Source of the DNA: an uncultured Anaerolineales bacterium | GTDB taxonomy: Bacteria; Chloroflexota; Anaerolineae; CG2-30-64-16 | Assembly: GCA_964551735.1 (NCBI GenBank) | Contig: CAZKEF010000019.1 | Span: forward strand, 51,958-83,957 | Reading direction: 5' to 3' | DNA: 32,000 bases | Shown here: positions 9,297-16,431 of the stretch, piece after piece | Position numbering within the stretch: the first letter of the stretch is position 1 | How the letters are laid out: each line of letters starts with the position of its first letter | The notes under the pieces: model-generated | Told to the model about the DNA's origin: nothing | The model's input: the letters and a program-made list of their open reading frames with translations, nothing else | The model's database searches: none | Program-made: the position numbers and the translations under genes

Positions 9297-9647
9297 TCAC
9301 TGCCACAACGCCTCAATCTCCGCCCAGTCCATCCCCTCCCAACCAAAACGCCGCCAGTCCACGTAGCCGCGCATATCGAACGCAACTCCCTCCTCTTCCA
9401 GCAGCGCGCGTTGGAGGTCGGCGCCCAGGTCGGCGCGGGAGATGCTGATGCGGCCCGCGCTGTTGATCACCCGCTGCCATGGAACGTCGGCAACCTCGCT
9501 CCCGCGCAGCGCGTTCAACGCCCAGCCGACCGTACGCGCGGCCTGCGGATGGCCCAGCAGCGCGGCGATCTGGCCGTAGCTGGCCACTTTGCCGCGGGGA
9601 ATCTGCCGGACGACGGCGTAGACGCGCTCGAAGAAGCTGGGTTCCAT
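9297..9647 (-). CDS. Alkyltransferase-like (ATL) protein, an MGMT-family DNA-binding domain without the acceptor Cys
   Basis: FFERVYAVVRQIPRGKVASYGQIAALLGHPQAARTVGWAL...VPWQRVINSAGRIS aligns by eye with E. coli YbaZ/Atl. The MGMT PCHRV motif reads PWQRV here (Cys replaced by Trp). Confidence 0.8.
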   Translation of the reverse strand: MEPSFFERVYAVVRQIPRGKVASYGQIAALLGHPQAARTVGWALNALRGSEVADVPWQRVINSAGRISISRADLGADLQRALLEEEGVAFDMRGYVDWRRFGWEGMDWAEIEALWQ

Positions 9648-9774
9648 AGTGCTTGCTCTCTTTATGTCACCCTTGATGGGTCAGGGATGGCCCCGTGCGT
9701 CAGAGATGTTTCGCTGGTCATACGCCGTAACGCACTTTGGGTGGCAGACCCGCTCAACATGACAAGACGGGTGC

Positions 9775-10380
9775 TTATCCGCGCGGCACGATCCGCGGGG
9801 GTGAGACGGCCACTCGCTGCCAATCCAGGTAGGCGCCCTGGCTCGCGCATGCGCCTTCGTGCTCGTTCGCGTTGCCGTAGCCCACCGCCACGATCACTCG
9901 CATCCCGGCCGGCTCTTGGCCGATGGCTTCGCGCGACACGGTGGCGCTGCGGCTGAGGATCTCGCCGGGCTGGCAGGTGCGGGTCTCGGGCGGTGAGAAC
10001 GGGACTGCGGGCCCCTGGGTGTAGCGGAGCTGGAGCAGGTCATCCTCAACCGTGGCCTCCGGCGCGCCCCACTGCACGGCGATCGGCAGGCTGCCGTTAT
10101 TGGTGGCGTTCCAGCTCACCAGCAGCCCATCCTCGCGCGGCCGGATGATGCTGATGCCAACGCGCAACGACGACCCAGCGATAGCGTCACGGGCCGCCTC
10201 GTAGCGCGGTGGCGCCCACGCAGCAGGAGACGACGCCATGGACGCCGCATCATCCCGCGCCTCCGGCCGAGAACGGGTGTCCCGGGCCGCCCGCTCGGCC
10301 GCGCGACGCCGTGACCAGGTCCGTGCCACCGCAGCCAACACCAGGACGACGACCAGGATCAGCAGCAGATCTTGATTCAT
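9775..10380 (-). CDS. Hypothetical N-terminally membrane-anchored protein
   Basis: The ATG at 10380 gives MNQDLLLILVVVLVLAAVARTWSRRR (a TM anchor with a positive flank), followed by an Ala/Arg/Asp-rich linker and a ~130-aa beta-rich domain. I recognise no family. An alternative GTG start lies at 10401. Confidence 0.55.
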   Translation of the reverse strand: MNQDLLLILVVVLVLAAVARTWSRRRAAERAARDTRSRPEARDDAASMASSPAAWAPPRYEAARDAIAGSSLRVGISIIRPREDGLLVSWNATNNGSLPIAVQWGAPEATVEDDLLQLRYTQGPAVPFSPPETRTCQPGEILSRSATVSREAIGQEPAGMRVIVAVGYGNANEHEGACASQGAYLDWQRVAVSPPRIVPRG

Positions 10381-10458
10381 AGACGATATCGCCTTTCGCA
10401 CGCCGTAATACCGCGATTCTACTACCGTTCGCCGTCCTCGCCAAACAAAGACCTGGTA

Positions 10459-10467
10459 TGGTACAAT
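10459..10467 (+). promoter_or_regulatory. Extended -10 element (TGgTACAAT) placed to give a leaderless or near-leaderless transcript of the lipoprotein-CHAT operon
   Basis: TGgTACAAT ends at 10467 and the ATG is at 10474, so a start site about 7 nt downstream of the -10 coincides with the A of the ATG. No SD sequence precedes this ATG. Confidence 0.4.
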
Positions 10468-10473
10468 AGCGCC

Positions 10474-10719
10474 ATGTTACGCCGATGTTTTGCCATCTTC
10501 AGCGCAGTCCTGTGCGGCTTGCTAGTCGGGTGCGCACTGTGGAGCCTGGCGCTGGGCGCGCAGGTCCGCCAGCATGATCCCGGCCTGTGGACCTTGCGGT
10601 ACCAGCGCGTCCTTGACTGCGGGCTGGACTACAACGGCCCGCCCTACACGGCGCAGGTGACGCTCTGGCTCTCATGCGGCGAGGCCGCGGGGTGGCGTCT
10701 ATGGCCGCTAGACCGCTGA
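10474..10719 (+). CDS. Small putative lipoprotein (81 aa)
   Basis: MLRRCFAIFSAVLCGLLVGCALWS contains a lipobox-like L-V-G-C after a hydrophobic h-region. The mature part is about 60 aa and Cys/Trp-rich. It lies 42 nt upstream of the CHAT gene. I chose the internal ATG over the ORF-track start at 10372. Confidence 0.5.
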   Translation: MLRRCFAIFSAVLCGLLVGCALWSLALGAQVRQHDPGLWTLRYQRVLDCGLDYNGPPYTAQVTLWLSCGEAAGWRLWPLDR

Positions 10720-10761
10720 GCAGGCCAACCGTCTGACTGTATCTCGAGGAGTCATCCCGCC

Positions 10762-12858
10762 ATGATCGAATACGAGGACTTCTCCATCAAGATCGAACCG
10801 CCGCGGGATGGTGTCTACCCGGTCATCGTGCTGCGCTCGCCGGCCGGCGAAGGCCGCGCCACCATGCAGCTTCCGTTCGATCCGGGCCAGGTGGGCCTGC
10901 TGTTGACCGGTTTCGGCCTGGCCGTGCGCGGCGGCGGCCCGGCCAGGTCCGCAGACGCAGGGGAGCGCGCAGGAATGGCGCCGGCCGAGATCGGCGACCG
11001 GCTTTTCCAGGCGCTTTTCTCCGGCCCGGTGCGCTCGCTGCTGGATCGCAGCCTGGGGATGACCGACAGGCAGACGCGCAAGGGGCTGCGCCTCAAGCTG
11101 CATATTGACCCCGAATCGCCTTCGCTGGCCCTGGTCGCCAACCTGCCCTGGGAATACCTCTACGACAAAGACCGCCGGGACTTCCTCAACCTGTCCAAAT
11201 TCACCCCAATCATCCGCTACCTCGATGTGCAGCGCCCCAGCAACCCCGTGGCGGTCACGCCGCCGCTGCGCGTCCTGGTTGTCATGGCCAGCCCGGCCGG
11301 CTATGCGCCCCTTGACCTCGACACGGAGCGCAGGATGATCGAAGACAGTTGGGCCGACAAACCGAACGTGGAGGTCGAATTTATCCAGCGCGCCGCCCTA
11401 TCAGAGCTGCAAGATCGGCTCAGCAGCCGGCCATACCACGTCGTGCACTATATGGGACACGGCGACTTCGACGAGGAGACCGGTGAAGGGGTGCTCATGC
11501 TCGAGGATGCCCGCGGCCAGGCGCAGGTGCTCACCGGCAGCACGCTGGCCATGCTGTTGCGCGACGTGCCCACGCTAGGCCTGGTCTTCCTGAACGCGTG
11601 CGAATCGGCCCGGATCACCCGGCAAGACAGCCTGGATCCCTTCGCGGGGCTGGCCGCGGCGATGGTGCTGGCCGGCGTGCCGGCCGTGGTCGCCATGCAG
11701 TTCGCCATCTCCGACCGCGCCGCCATCGCCTTTGCCGAACGCTTCTATCCCCTACTGGCCACGGGTAAAGCTGTGGATCTGGCAGTTGCAGAAGGTCGAC
11801 GGGCGATCCGGCTCATCGAGTCGCGGGGCGCGGAGTGGGGCACGCCAGTGCTCTTCATGCGCGTGCCAACCGGCGACGTGTTCACCATCCTCCCTCAGGC
11901 CAGAGTGACCCCGGCGGATACCCCCGGCGAACACCAGCCGGCCGTGGCGCAGCGACTGCAAGACGAGCCGCCCATCGCGCCCCCAACGCCAGCAACCAAG
12001 GCTGGTTCCGGCCAGGGAAAAACGACCCTCAGCAAGCTCGCCGGCCGCCCCACCAGCGGGGATACGAAGGCAGAGGCCAAACCACCTGCGTCAACGGAGA
12101 CAACCACGACCAAGACGCCGGCAAAGAAACGACCGGCCCAAAGCACCGCGACCCAGTCCAAAGCAAAGCCGGCCACGGCAGCGACACCCAAACGCGAGTC
12201 ACCGCCCAGCGCCGGGCCTGCGCCGACATCCAAACAGCCTGCGGCAACCCAAGCGCGGCCGGCCAAACCGCCTGTGCAGAGCACGATATCACGGACCGAG
12301 CCCACGCCGACCGCCGCGAACCCAACAGGTGGAACGCCGACCGCCGTCAAGCTGACGACCGCGCCTGAACGCCCGGGCGACGCCCAGCCGCCGGTCGAGC
12401 GCCAACAGCTCGCGACGGCTGCCGCGCCGGATGCGTTCCGGCCCGAAGAGTTGGCCGCGCTGCTGGCACGCTATCGCCGCGGCTCGTTCTACACCAGCCC
12501 TAACATCCCGGCCGACAAGCTGGCCAAGGCGCGGCAGAAGTGCGAAGTGCCGGCCTCCGAGCCGATCGCCGGCCTTCTGGAAAACGCAATGGGGCTTTTT
12601 GGCTTCGTGGACTACATGCTGTTCGGCGGCACGGGCATCTACTACTTCAACTCCAATTATCCAGGCGGCGGCCAGCCTGGACCCGGTCACGTACCCTATC
12701 GCGAGTTCCCGGGGCGTGAGTTTCGCGCCGACAACTTTCGCTCGCGCGTCTGGTTGGATCGCGAGCATTTCTTCGACAACCGGTTTGCCTCGACGCACGG
12801 GCCGTCAGCGATCGTGGAGATCCTCAACGCGATCCGGGCGAAGATCATGGGGCATTAG
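10762..12858 (+). CDS. CHAT-domain (caspase-fold) protease with a long disordered linker and an uncharacterised C-terminal module
   Basis: A GAGGAG RBS lies 10 nt upstream. The N-terminus YEDFSIKIEPPRDGVYPVIVLRSPAGEG is typical of CHAT proteins. The catalytic dyad context is intact: HVVHYMGHGDF (His) and LVFLNACESAR (Cys). About 150 aa of P/T/A/K-rich low complexity follow (aa ~395-545), then a ~170-aa C-terminal domain (SFYTSPNIPADKLAKARQKCEVPASEPIAGLLENAMGLFGFVDYMLFGGTGIYYF...). Confidence 0.85.
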   Translation: MIEYEDFSIKIEPPRDGVYPVIVLRSPAGEGRATMQLPFDPGQVGLLLTGFGLAVRGGGPARSADAGERAGMAPAEIGDRLFQALFSGPVRSLLDRSLGMTDRQTRKGLRLKLHIDPESPSLALVANLPWEYLYDKDRRDFLNLSKFTPIIRYLDVQRPSNPVAVTPPLRVLVVMASPAGYAPLDLDTERRMIEDSWADKPNVEVEFIQRAALSELQDRLSSRPYHVVHYMGHGDFDEETGEGVLMLEDARGQAQVLTGSTLAMLLRDVPTLGLVFLNACESARITRQDSLDPFAGLAAAMVLAGVPAVVAMQFAISDRAAIAFAERFYPLLATGKAVDLAVAEGRRAIRLIESRGAEWGTPVLFMRVPTGDVFTILPQARVTPADTPGEHQPAVAQRLQDEPPIAPPTPATKAGSGQGKTTLSKLAGRPTSGDTKAEAKPPASTETTTTKTPAKKRPAQSTATQSKAKPATAATPKRESPPSAGPAPTSKQPAATQARPAKPPVQSTISRTEPTPTAANPTGGTPTAVKLTTAPERPGDAQPPVERQQLATAAAPDAFRPEELAALLARYRRGSFYTSPNIPADKLAKARQKCEVPASEPIAGLLENAMGLFGFVDYMLFGGTGIYYFNSNYPGGGQPGPGHVPYREFPGREFRADNFRSRVWLDREHFFDNRFASTHGPSAIVEILNAIRAKIMGH

Positions 12859-12861
12859 TCG

Positions 12862-13857
12862 TCACGGAACTGCAGGTGGGCGACTTGCGGCAGACGCAGG
12901 CGATCCGAGGAGTGCCGAGCGCACGAGTTGTGTCGCTTCCTTGGGGTCCACGAGGGCTGGGTCCACCCACCAAACTGCCGGATCGTTCAGCCGAAACCAG
13001 TTGTACTGCTGCTGCACGAAGCGCCGCGTCCCTTTCTTGATGAGCGCGATCGCCTCATCCAGTGAGGCCTCACCGCGCAGGTACTGGCCGATCTGCCGGT
13101 AGCCCAAGCCGGTCATGGCAGGCAGGTCCCAACCGTAGCCCGCATCGGCCAGGCGACGCACCTCGGCTACCAGGCCGGCCGCGATCATGCGATCCACCCG
13201 AGCATCAATCCGCGCATACAGTTCGGGCCGCGGCCGCGTCACGCCGATCTGCACGACCACGTAAGGCGGCGGGGACTTGGTTTGCAACTCGGAGATGGGC
13301 CGGCCGGTCGCCAGGCACACCTCCAGCGCCCGGATCACACGGCGGACGTTGCGCAGGTCAATACGGGCCGCGGCGACCGGATCCAACGCGGCCAGGCGGG
13401 CGTGCAGTGCCCCGGCGCCGCGGGCCGCGACCTCGGCCTCCAGCGCGGCGCGCAGGTCGGGCTGCGGAGCCACCTCGGGAATACACCAGCCTTCCAGGAC
13501 TGCATGGACGTACTGCCCGGTGCCACCCACCAGCAGCGGCAGCCGGCCGCGCGCATGGATGGCCGCGATGGCGGCGTAGGCCAGGCGCTGATATTCGGCC
13601 AGGGTAAGGATCTGATCGGGATCTACGACGTCCAGCAGGTGATGCGGTGCGCGCGCTTGCTGCTCGGCCGTGGCCTTGGCCGTGCCGATGTCCATGCCGC
13701 GGTAGATCTGCCGCGAGTCGGCCGACACGATCTCGCCTCTCAGCGCCTCGGCCAGCGCCAGGCTCAGCGCGGTCTTGCCGGCCGCGGTCGGCCCGACAAT
13801 CGCGACAACGAATTGCGGATCGCCGATTGCGGATTGCGGATTGCCGCGCGTTTGCAT
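12862..13857 (-). CDS. miaA: tRNA dimethylallyltransferase
   Basis: VVAIVGPTAAGKTALSLALAEALRGEIVSADSRQIYRGMDIGTAKATAEQQARAPHHLLDVVDP is the canonical MiaA P-loop N-terminus. The only canonical start upstream of the P-loop is the ATG at 13857. The stop lies 3 nt from the convergent CHAT stop. Confidence 0.9.
   Translation of the reverse strand: MQTRGNPQSAIGDPQFVVAIVGPTAAGKTALSLALAEALRGEIVSADSRQIYRGMDIGTAKATAEQQARAPHHLLDVVDPDQILTLAEYQRLAYAAIAAIHARGRLPLLVGGTGQYVHAVLEGWCIPEVAPQPDLRAALEAEVAARGAGALHARLAALDPVAAARIDLRNVRRVIRALEVCLATGRPISELQTKSPPPYVVVQIGVTRPRPELYARIDARVDRMIAAGLVAEVRRLADAGYGWDLPAMTGLGYRQIGQYLRGEASLDEAIALIKKGTRRFVQQQYNWFRLNDPAVWWVDPALVDPKEATQLVRSALLGSPASAASRPPAVP
13810..13844. repeat. 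Heptanucleotide tandem repeat (GGATTGC-type, 5 units) inside the miaA 5' coding region
   Basis: The plus strand reads GAATTGC GGATCGC CGATTGC GGATTGC GGATTGC. On the minus strand it is translated as NPQSAIGDPQF, between the ATG and the P-loop. Confidence 0.85.
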
Positions 13858-13861
13858 CAGG

Positions 13862-14251
13862 TCATGTCCCTACCGCGTCGCGGATGTGATTCAGGCGGGT
13901 GATGGCGCCGTCGGCGGCAAGCTCCAGGGCGACGATATCAATGCGCACGGGGCCAGCGAAGGGCACCTCGAACAGGTAAGCTTCAGACATGGCGATAAGC
14001 TGGAGCTGCTTGCGAGGCGTGACCGACTCTTCGGGCGTGCCGGCGGTCGGCGCCGCACCCCGGCGGCCGACGCGACGGGTGCGCACCTCGACAAACACCA
14101 GCCACTCGCCGTCGCGCGCGACGATGTCCAGCTCACCGGCCCGAGTGCGCCAGTTGCGAGCCAGGATCTCCCAACCCTGAGTTACCAGGTGGGCAGCCGC
14201 CAACGCCTCGCCCTGGCGGCCCAAGCTTACCCGTGCATCACGGCCGGCCAT
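13862..14251 (-). CDS. yraN: YraN-family (UPF0102) endonuclease-like protein
   Basis: GRQGEALAAAHLVTQGWEILARNWRTRAGELDIVARDGEWLVFVEVRTRR is the YraN signature. The gene overlaps the rnhB stop by 14 nt. Confidence 0.8.
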   Translation of the reverse strand: MAGRDARVSLGRQGEALAAAHLVTQGWEILARNWRTRAGELDIVARDGEWLVFVEVRTRRVGRRGAAPTAGTPEESVTPRKQLQLIAMSEAYLFEVPFAGPVRIDIVALELAADGAITRLNHIRDAVGT

Positions 14252-14945
14252 GTTGATCTCCGGGGAAAAAAGCCGGACCGCCGCGAGCTGCGATATCCGG
14301 GGTTGCGATGGATGTGCTCACGGGCCGAAAGCTCCGGCGATGCAGAGCGCACGGCCCCAGCCGCGCCAGGGCCTGAGCGTGGGCCGTCACGCCGTAGCCC
14401 TTATGACCAGCGAAGCCATAGCCGGGAAACGCCTCATCCTGCGCAGCCATCCAGCGATCCCGCGTAACCTTCGCCACGATGGAGGCAGCGGCGATAGAAA
14501 GCGAAGCCGCGTCGCCGTGCGGGATGCCGCGCTGCGGCTTGGCCAGGCCGGGCAGGGTCAGGTAATCCACCAGCACGAAGTCAGGCGCCACGGCCAGGGC
14601 GGCCAATGCAGCCAGCATCGCAGCCCGCGTGGCGGGAGCGATACCGACCCGGTCAATCTCGGCGGATGACATCGAACCCACCCCGACAGCTAACGCACGT
14701 TGCTCGATCAGCGCCAATGCACGCTCACGCGCGGCCGGCGTGAGGCGCTTGGAGTCATCCACGTGACCCAGCAACGGCGCCAGCGCGGCGGGATCGGCGG
14801 GCAGGATGACCGCGGCCGCGACCACCGGCCCAGCCCAGGCCCCCCGACCGGCCTCGTCCACGCCGGCGATCGCCCGATAGCCCGCGGCCCATAGCGCTTG
14901 CTCGTGTTCCAATCCTGCCCGTTCTGGTGGTGACGGATGACGCAT
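14238..14945 (-). CDS. rnhB: Ribonuclease HII
   Basis: The AGVDEAGRGAWAGPVVAAAVIL (DEAGRG) and DSKRLTPAARE motifs are present. The position after rplS is the common arrangement. Confidence 0.9.
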   Translation of the reverse strand: MRHPSPPERAGLEHEQALWAAGYRAIAGVDEAGRGAWAGPVVAAAVILPADPAALAPLLGHVDDSKRLTPAARERALALIEQRALAVGVGSMSSAEIDRVGIAPATRAAMLAALAALAVAPDFVLVDYLTLPGLAKPQRGIPHGDAASLSIAAASIVAKVTRDRWMAAQDEAFPGYGFAGHKGYGVTAHAQALARLGPCALHRRSFRPVSTSIATPDIAARGGPAFFPGDQHGRP

Positions 14946-14950
14946 TCTCT

Positions 14951-14991
14951 AAACCACAAAAGGCGCAGGGACCTATGCATCCCTGCGCCTT
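14951..14991 (-). terminator. Intrinsic terminator/attenuator downstream of rplS
   Basis: aaggcgcaggga (14960-14971) pairs perfectly with tccctgcgcctt (14980-14991) around an 8-nt loop. On the minus strand the stem is followed by TTTTGTGGTTT. It ends 6 nt before the rnhB ATG (14945). Confidence 0.7.
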
Positions 14992-15015
14992 ATTGCATGA
15001 AGCCATCGGCCAAAA

Positions 15016-15366
15016 TCAGGCCGCGCGTTCCTTCAAGCGCGCCGCCTTGCCGGTGCGGCCGCGGAGGAAGTACAACCGCGCACGGCGGACCTTGGCGTGC
15101 CGCAGCACCTCGATCTTGTCGACGCGGGGCGAAGCAAAAAGGAACGTGCGCTCCACACCCACACCGTGGGAAGCAATACGCCGGACAGTGAAATTCTTGT
15201 TGACGCCGCTGTTGCGCACACGGATCACCAAGCCCTGGAACACCTGTACGCGTTCCTTTTCACCTTCCACGATCAACGTGTGCACCTTCACCGTGTCACC
15301 GGGAGTCAAATCGGGCAAATTCGGCCGAGCGGCCGCAGCATCAAGAGAAGCAATCAAGTTCGACAT
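15016..15366 (-). CDS. rplS: 50S ribosomal protein L19
   Basis: MSNLIASLD...PDLTPGDTVKVHTLIVEGEKERVQVFQGLVIRVRNSGVNKNFTVRRIASHGVGVERTFLFASPRVDKIEVLRHAKVRRARLYFLR is canonical L19. The ATG at 15366 has a GAAGGG RBS upstream. Confidence 0.95.
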   Translation of the reverse strand: MSNLIASLDAAAARPNLPDLTPGDTVKVHTLIVEGEKERVQVFQGLVIRVRNSGVNKNFTVRRIASHGVGVERTFLFASPRVDKIEVLRHAKVRRARLYFLRGRTGKAARLKERAA

Positions 15367-15449
15367 CGTTACAATACCCTTCGTTGGCAGTTCTTCGGCC
15401 GCGTTACCCCAAATCGGAAAGCGCAACGCTGCTTATGTGACGAAACACC

Positions 15450-15478
15450 ATTTTAGCACAAAGGGGCTTGTGAACCAA
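15450..15478 (-). promoter_or_regulatory. Sigma70-like promoter for rplS, downstream of trmD
   Basis: The minus strand reads TTGGTT (15478-15473), a 17-nt spacer, then TGcTAAAAT (hexamer 15455-15450). It uses the same tttgTGCTA context as the promoters at 9198 and 18458. Confidence 0.5.
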
Positions 15479-15493
15479 ATCCAGGGGTTAACG

Positions 15494-16327
15494 CTATTCA
15501 TTGGCTGAACCCGCCTCCCCCGCCGCCGCTTCTGCCCGCAACCTATCCAGGAAGGCTCGATCCGCGTCCGACAGCGGCGCCGAGTTCAACAGGTCGGGCC
15601 GGCGCTCCCAGGTGCGGCGCAACGCCTGCTCCCGCCGCCACCGCGCCACCTTCGCGTGGTCGCCTGAGGTCAGGATCTCGGGGATGCCTTCCCCGCGGTA
15701 ACTGGCCGGCCGGGTGTATTGCGGATATTCCAGCAGCCCCGTGGCGAATGAATCCTCGAACGCGGCCATCTCACAGCCCAAAGCGCCGGGCTGCAGCCGG
15801 GTCACCGCATCCACGATGATCACTGCAGCCAGCTCGCCGCCGGAGATCACGAAGTCACCGATGGAGATCTCGTCGGTGACCAGGCCCAGGCGCACGCGCT
15901 CATCCACCCCCTCGTAGCGGCCGCACAACAGCGCGATGCGCCGATACCCAGCCAGCTCCTCGGCCACTTTTTGAGTGAAGGTGCGGCCCTGGGGCGACAG
16001 GAGGATGACGGGCACGTCCAGCGGCAGCAGCGTTTCCTCAGGGATGGGCGGCTCGTCCTCCGGCGCCGCAGGCACGAAGGTCCAGCCGGGCGGATAGCTG
16101 AGGGCCGTCTCCACGGCCCGGAAGATGGGCTCCGGCTTCATCACCATGCCGCCGCCGCCGCCGTAAGGCGTGTCGTCGGTGACCCGGTGCCGGCCCGTCG
16201 CGTAATCGCGGATGTTGTGCAACGCCACCGACAGGATGCCGGCCTCCTGCGCCCGCTTCAGGATGCTGTCGCTCAAGGCCCCAGCGAACATGCCGGGAAA
16301 AAGCGTGAAGATATCGAAGTGGATCAC
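15494..16327 (-). CDS. trmD: tRNA (guanine37-N1)-methyltransferase
   Basis: (GTG)[66 protein letters not shown] is canonical TrmD. There is an internal ~30-aa Pro/Glu-rich insertion. Confidence 0.9.
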   Translation of the reverse strand: MIHFDIFTLFPGMFAGALSDSILKRAQEAGILSVALHNIRDYATGRHRVTDDTPYGGGGGMVMKPEPIFRAVETALSYPPGWTFVPAAPEDEPPIPEETLLPLDVPVILLSPQGRTFTQKVAEELAGYRRIALLCGRYEGVDERVRLGLVTDEISIGDFVISGGELAAVIIVDAVTRLQPGALGCEMAAFEDSFATGLLEYPQYTRPASYRGEGIPEILTSGDHAKVARWRREQALRRTWERRPDLLNSAPLSDADRAFLDRLRAEAAAGEAGSANE

Positions 16328-16340
16328 GTGACCTCATTAG

Positions 16341-16431
16341 GGATTATGAATTGCGGATTGCGTGATGGCGTGCTGCGTGATAGCGTGATCGTCCATCGTC
16401 CATTGTACATCGTACATTCCACATTCGTCAC
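16341..16431. repeat. Array of 13 consecutive heptanucleotide units with drifting sequence
   Basis: Read in strict 7-nt register: GGATTAT GAATTGC GGATTGC GTGATGG CGTGCTG CGTGATA GCGTGAT CGTCCAT CGTCCAT TGTACAT CGTACAT TCCACAT TCGTCAC. The array fills the gap between the solute-binding-protein stop (16428) and the trmD start (16327). Confidence 0.85.

Noticed and set aside
9648-9774. 127-nt intergenic region checked for a tRNA, small RNA or promoter.
   Set aside because: I found no cloverleaf-compatible arms, no strong hairpin and no good -35/-10 pair by eye.
10372-10473. Upstream extension of the small lipoprotein ORF (ORF-track start at 10372).
   Set aside because: The extension would overlap the divergent gene's start region and the TGgTACAAT promoter element, and it encodes no signal-like sequence. 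The ATG at 10474 gives a clean lipoprotein signal peptide.
11940-12420. Low-complexity P/T/A/K-coding DNA in the CHAT gene, and PT-rich stretches at ~25850-26100 and ~28390-28510, considered as tandem DNA repeats or mobile-element remnants.
   Set aside because: They are in-frame interdomain linkers with biased composition rather than defined repeat units, and they have no terminal repeats or transposase.
16341-16431. Considered whether the heptamer arrays, or the 147-nt repeats at 24087-24854, could be CRISPR arrays.
   Set aside because: The units are 7-8 nt and contiguous, with no spacers. The 147-nt repeats are in-frame, diverged coding repeats. There are no cas genes in the window.
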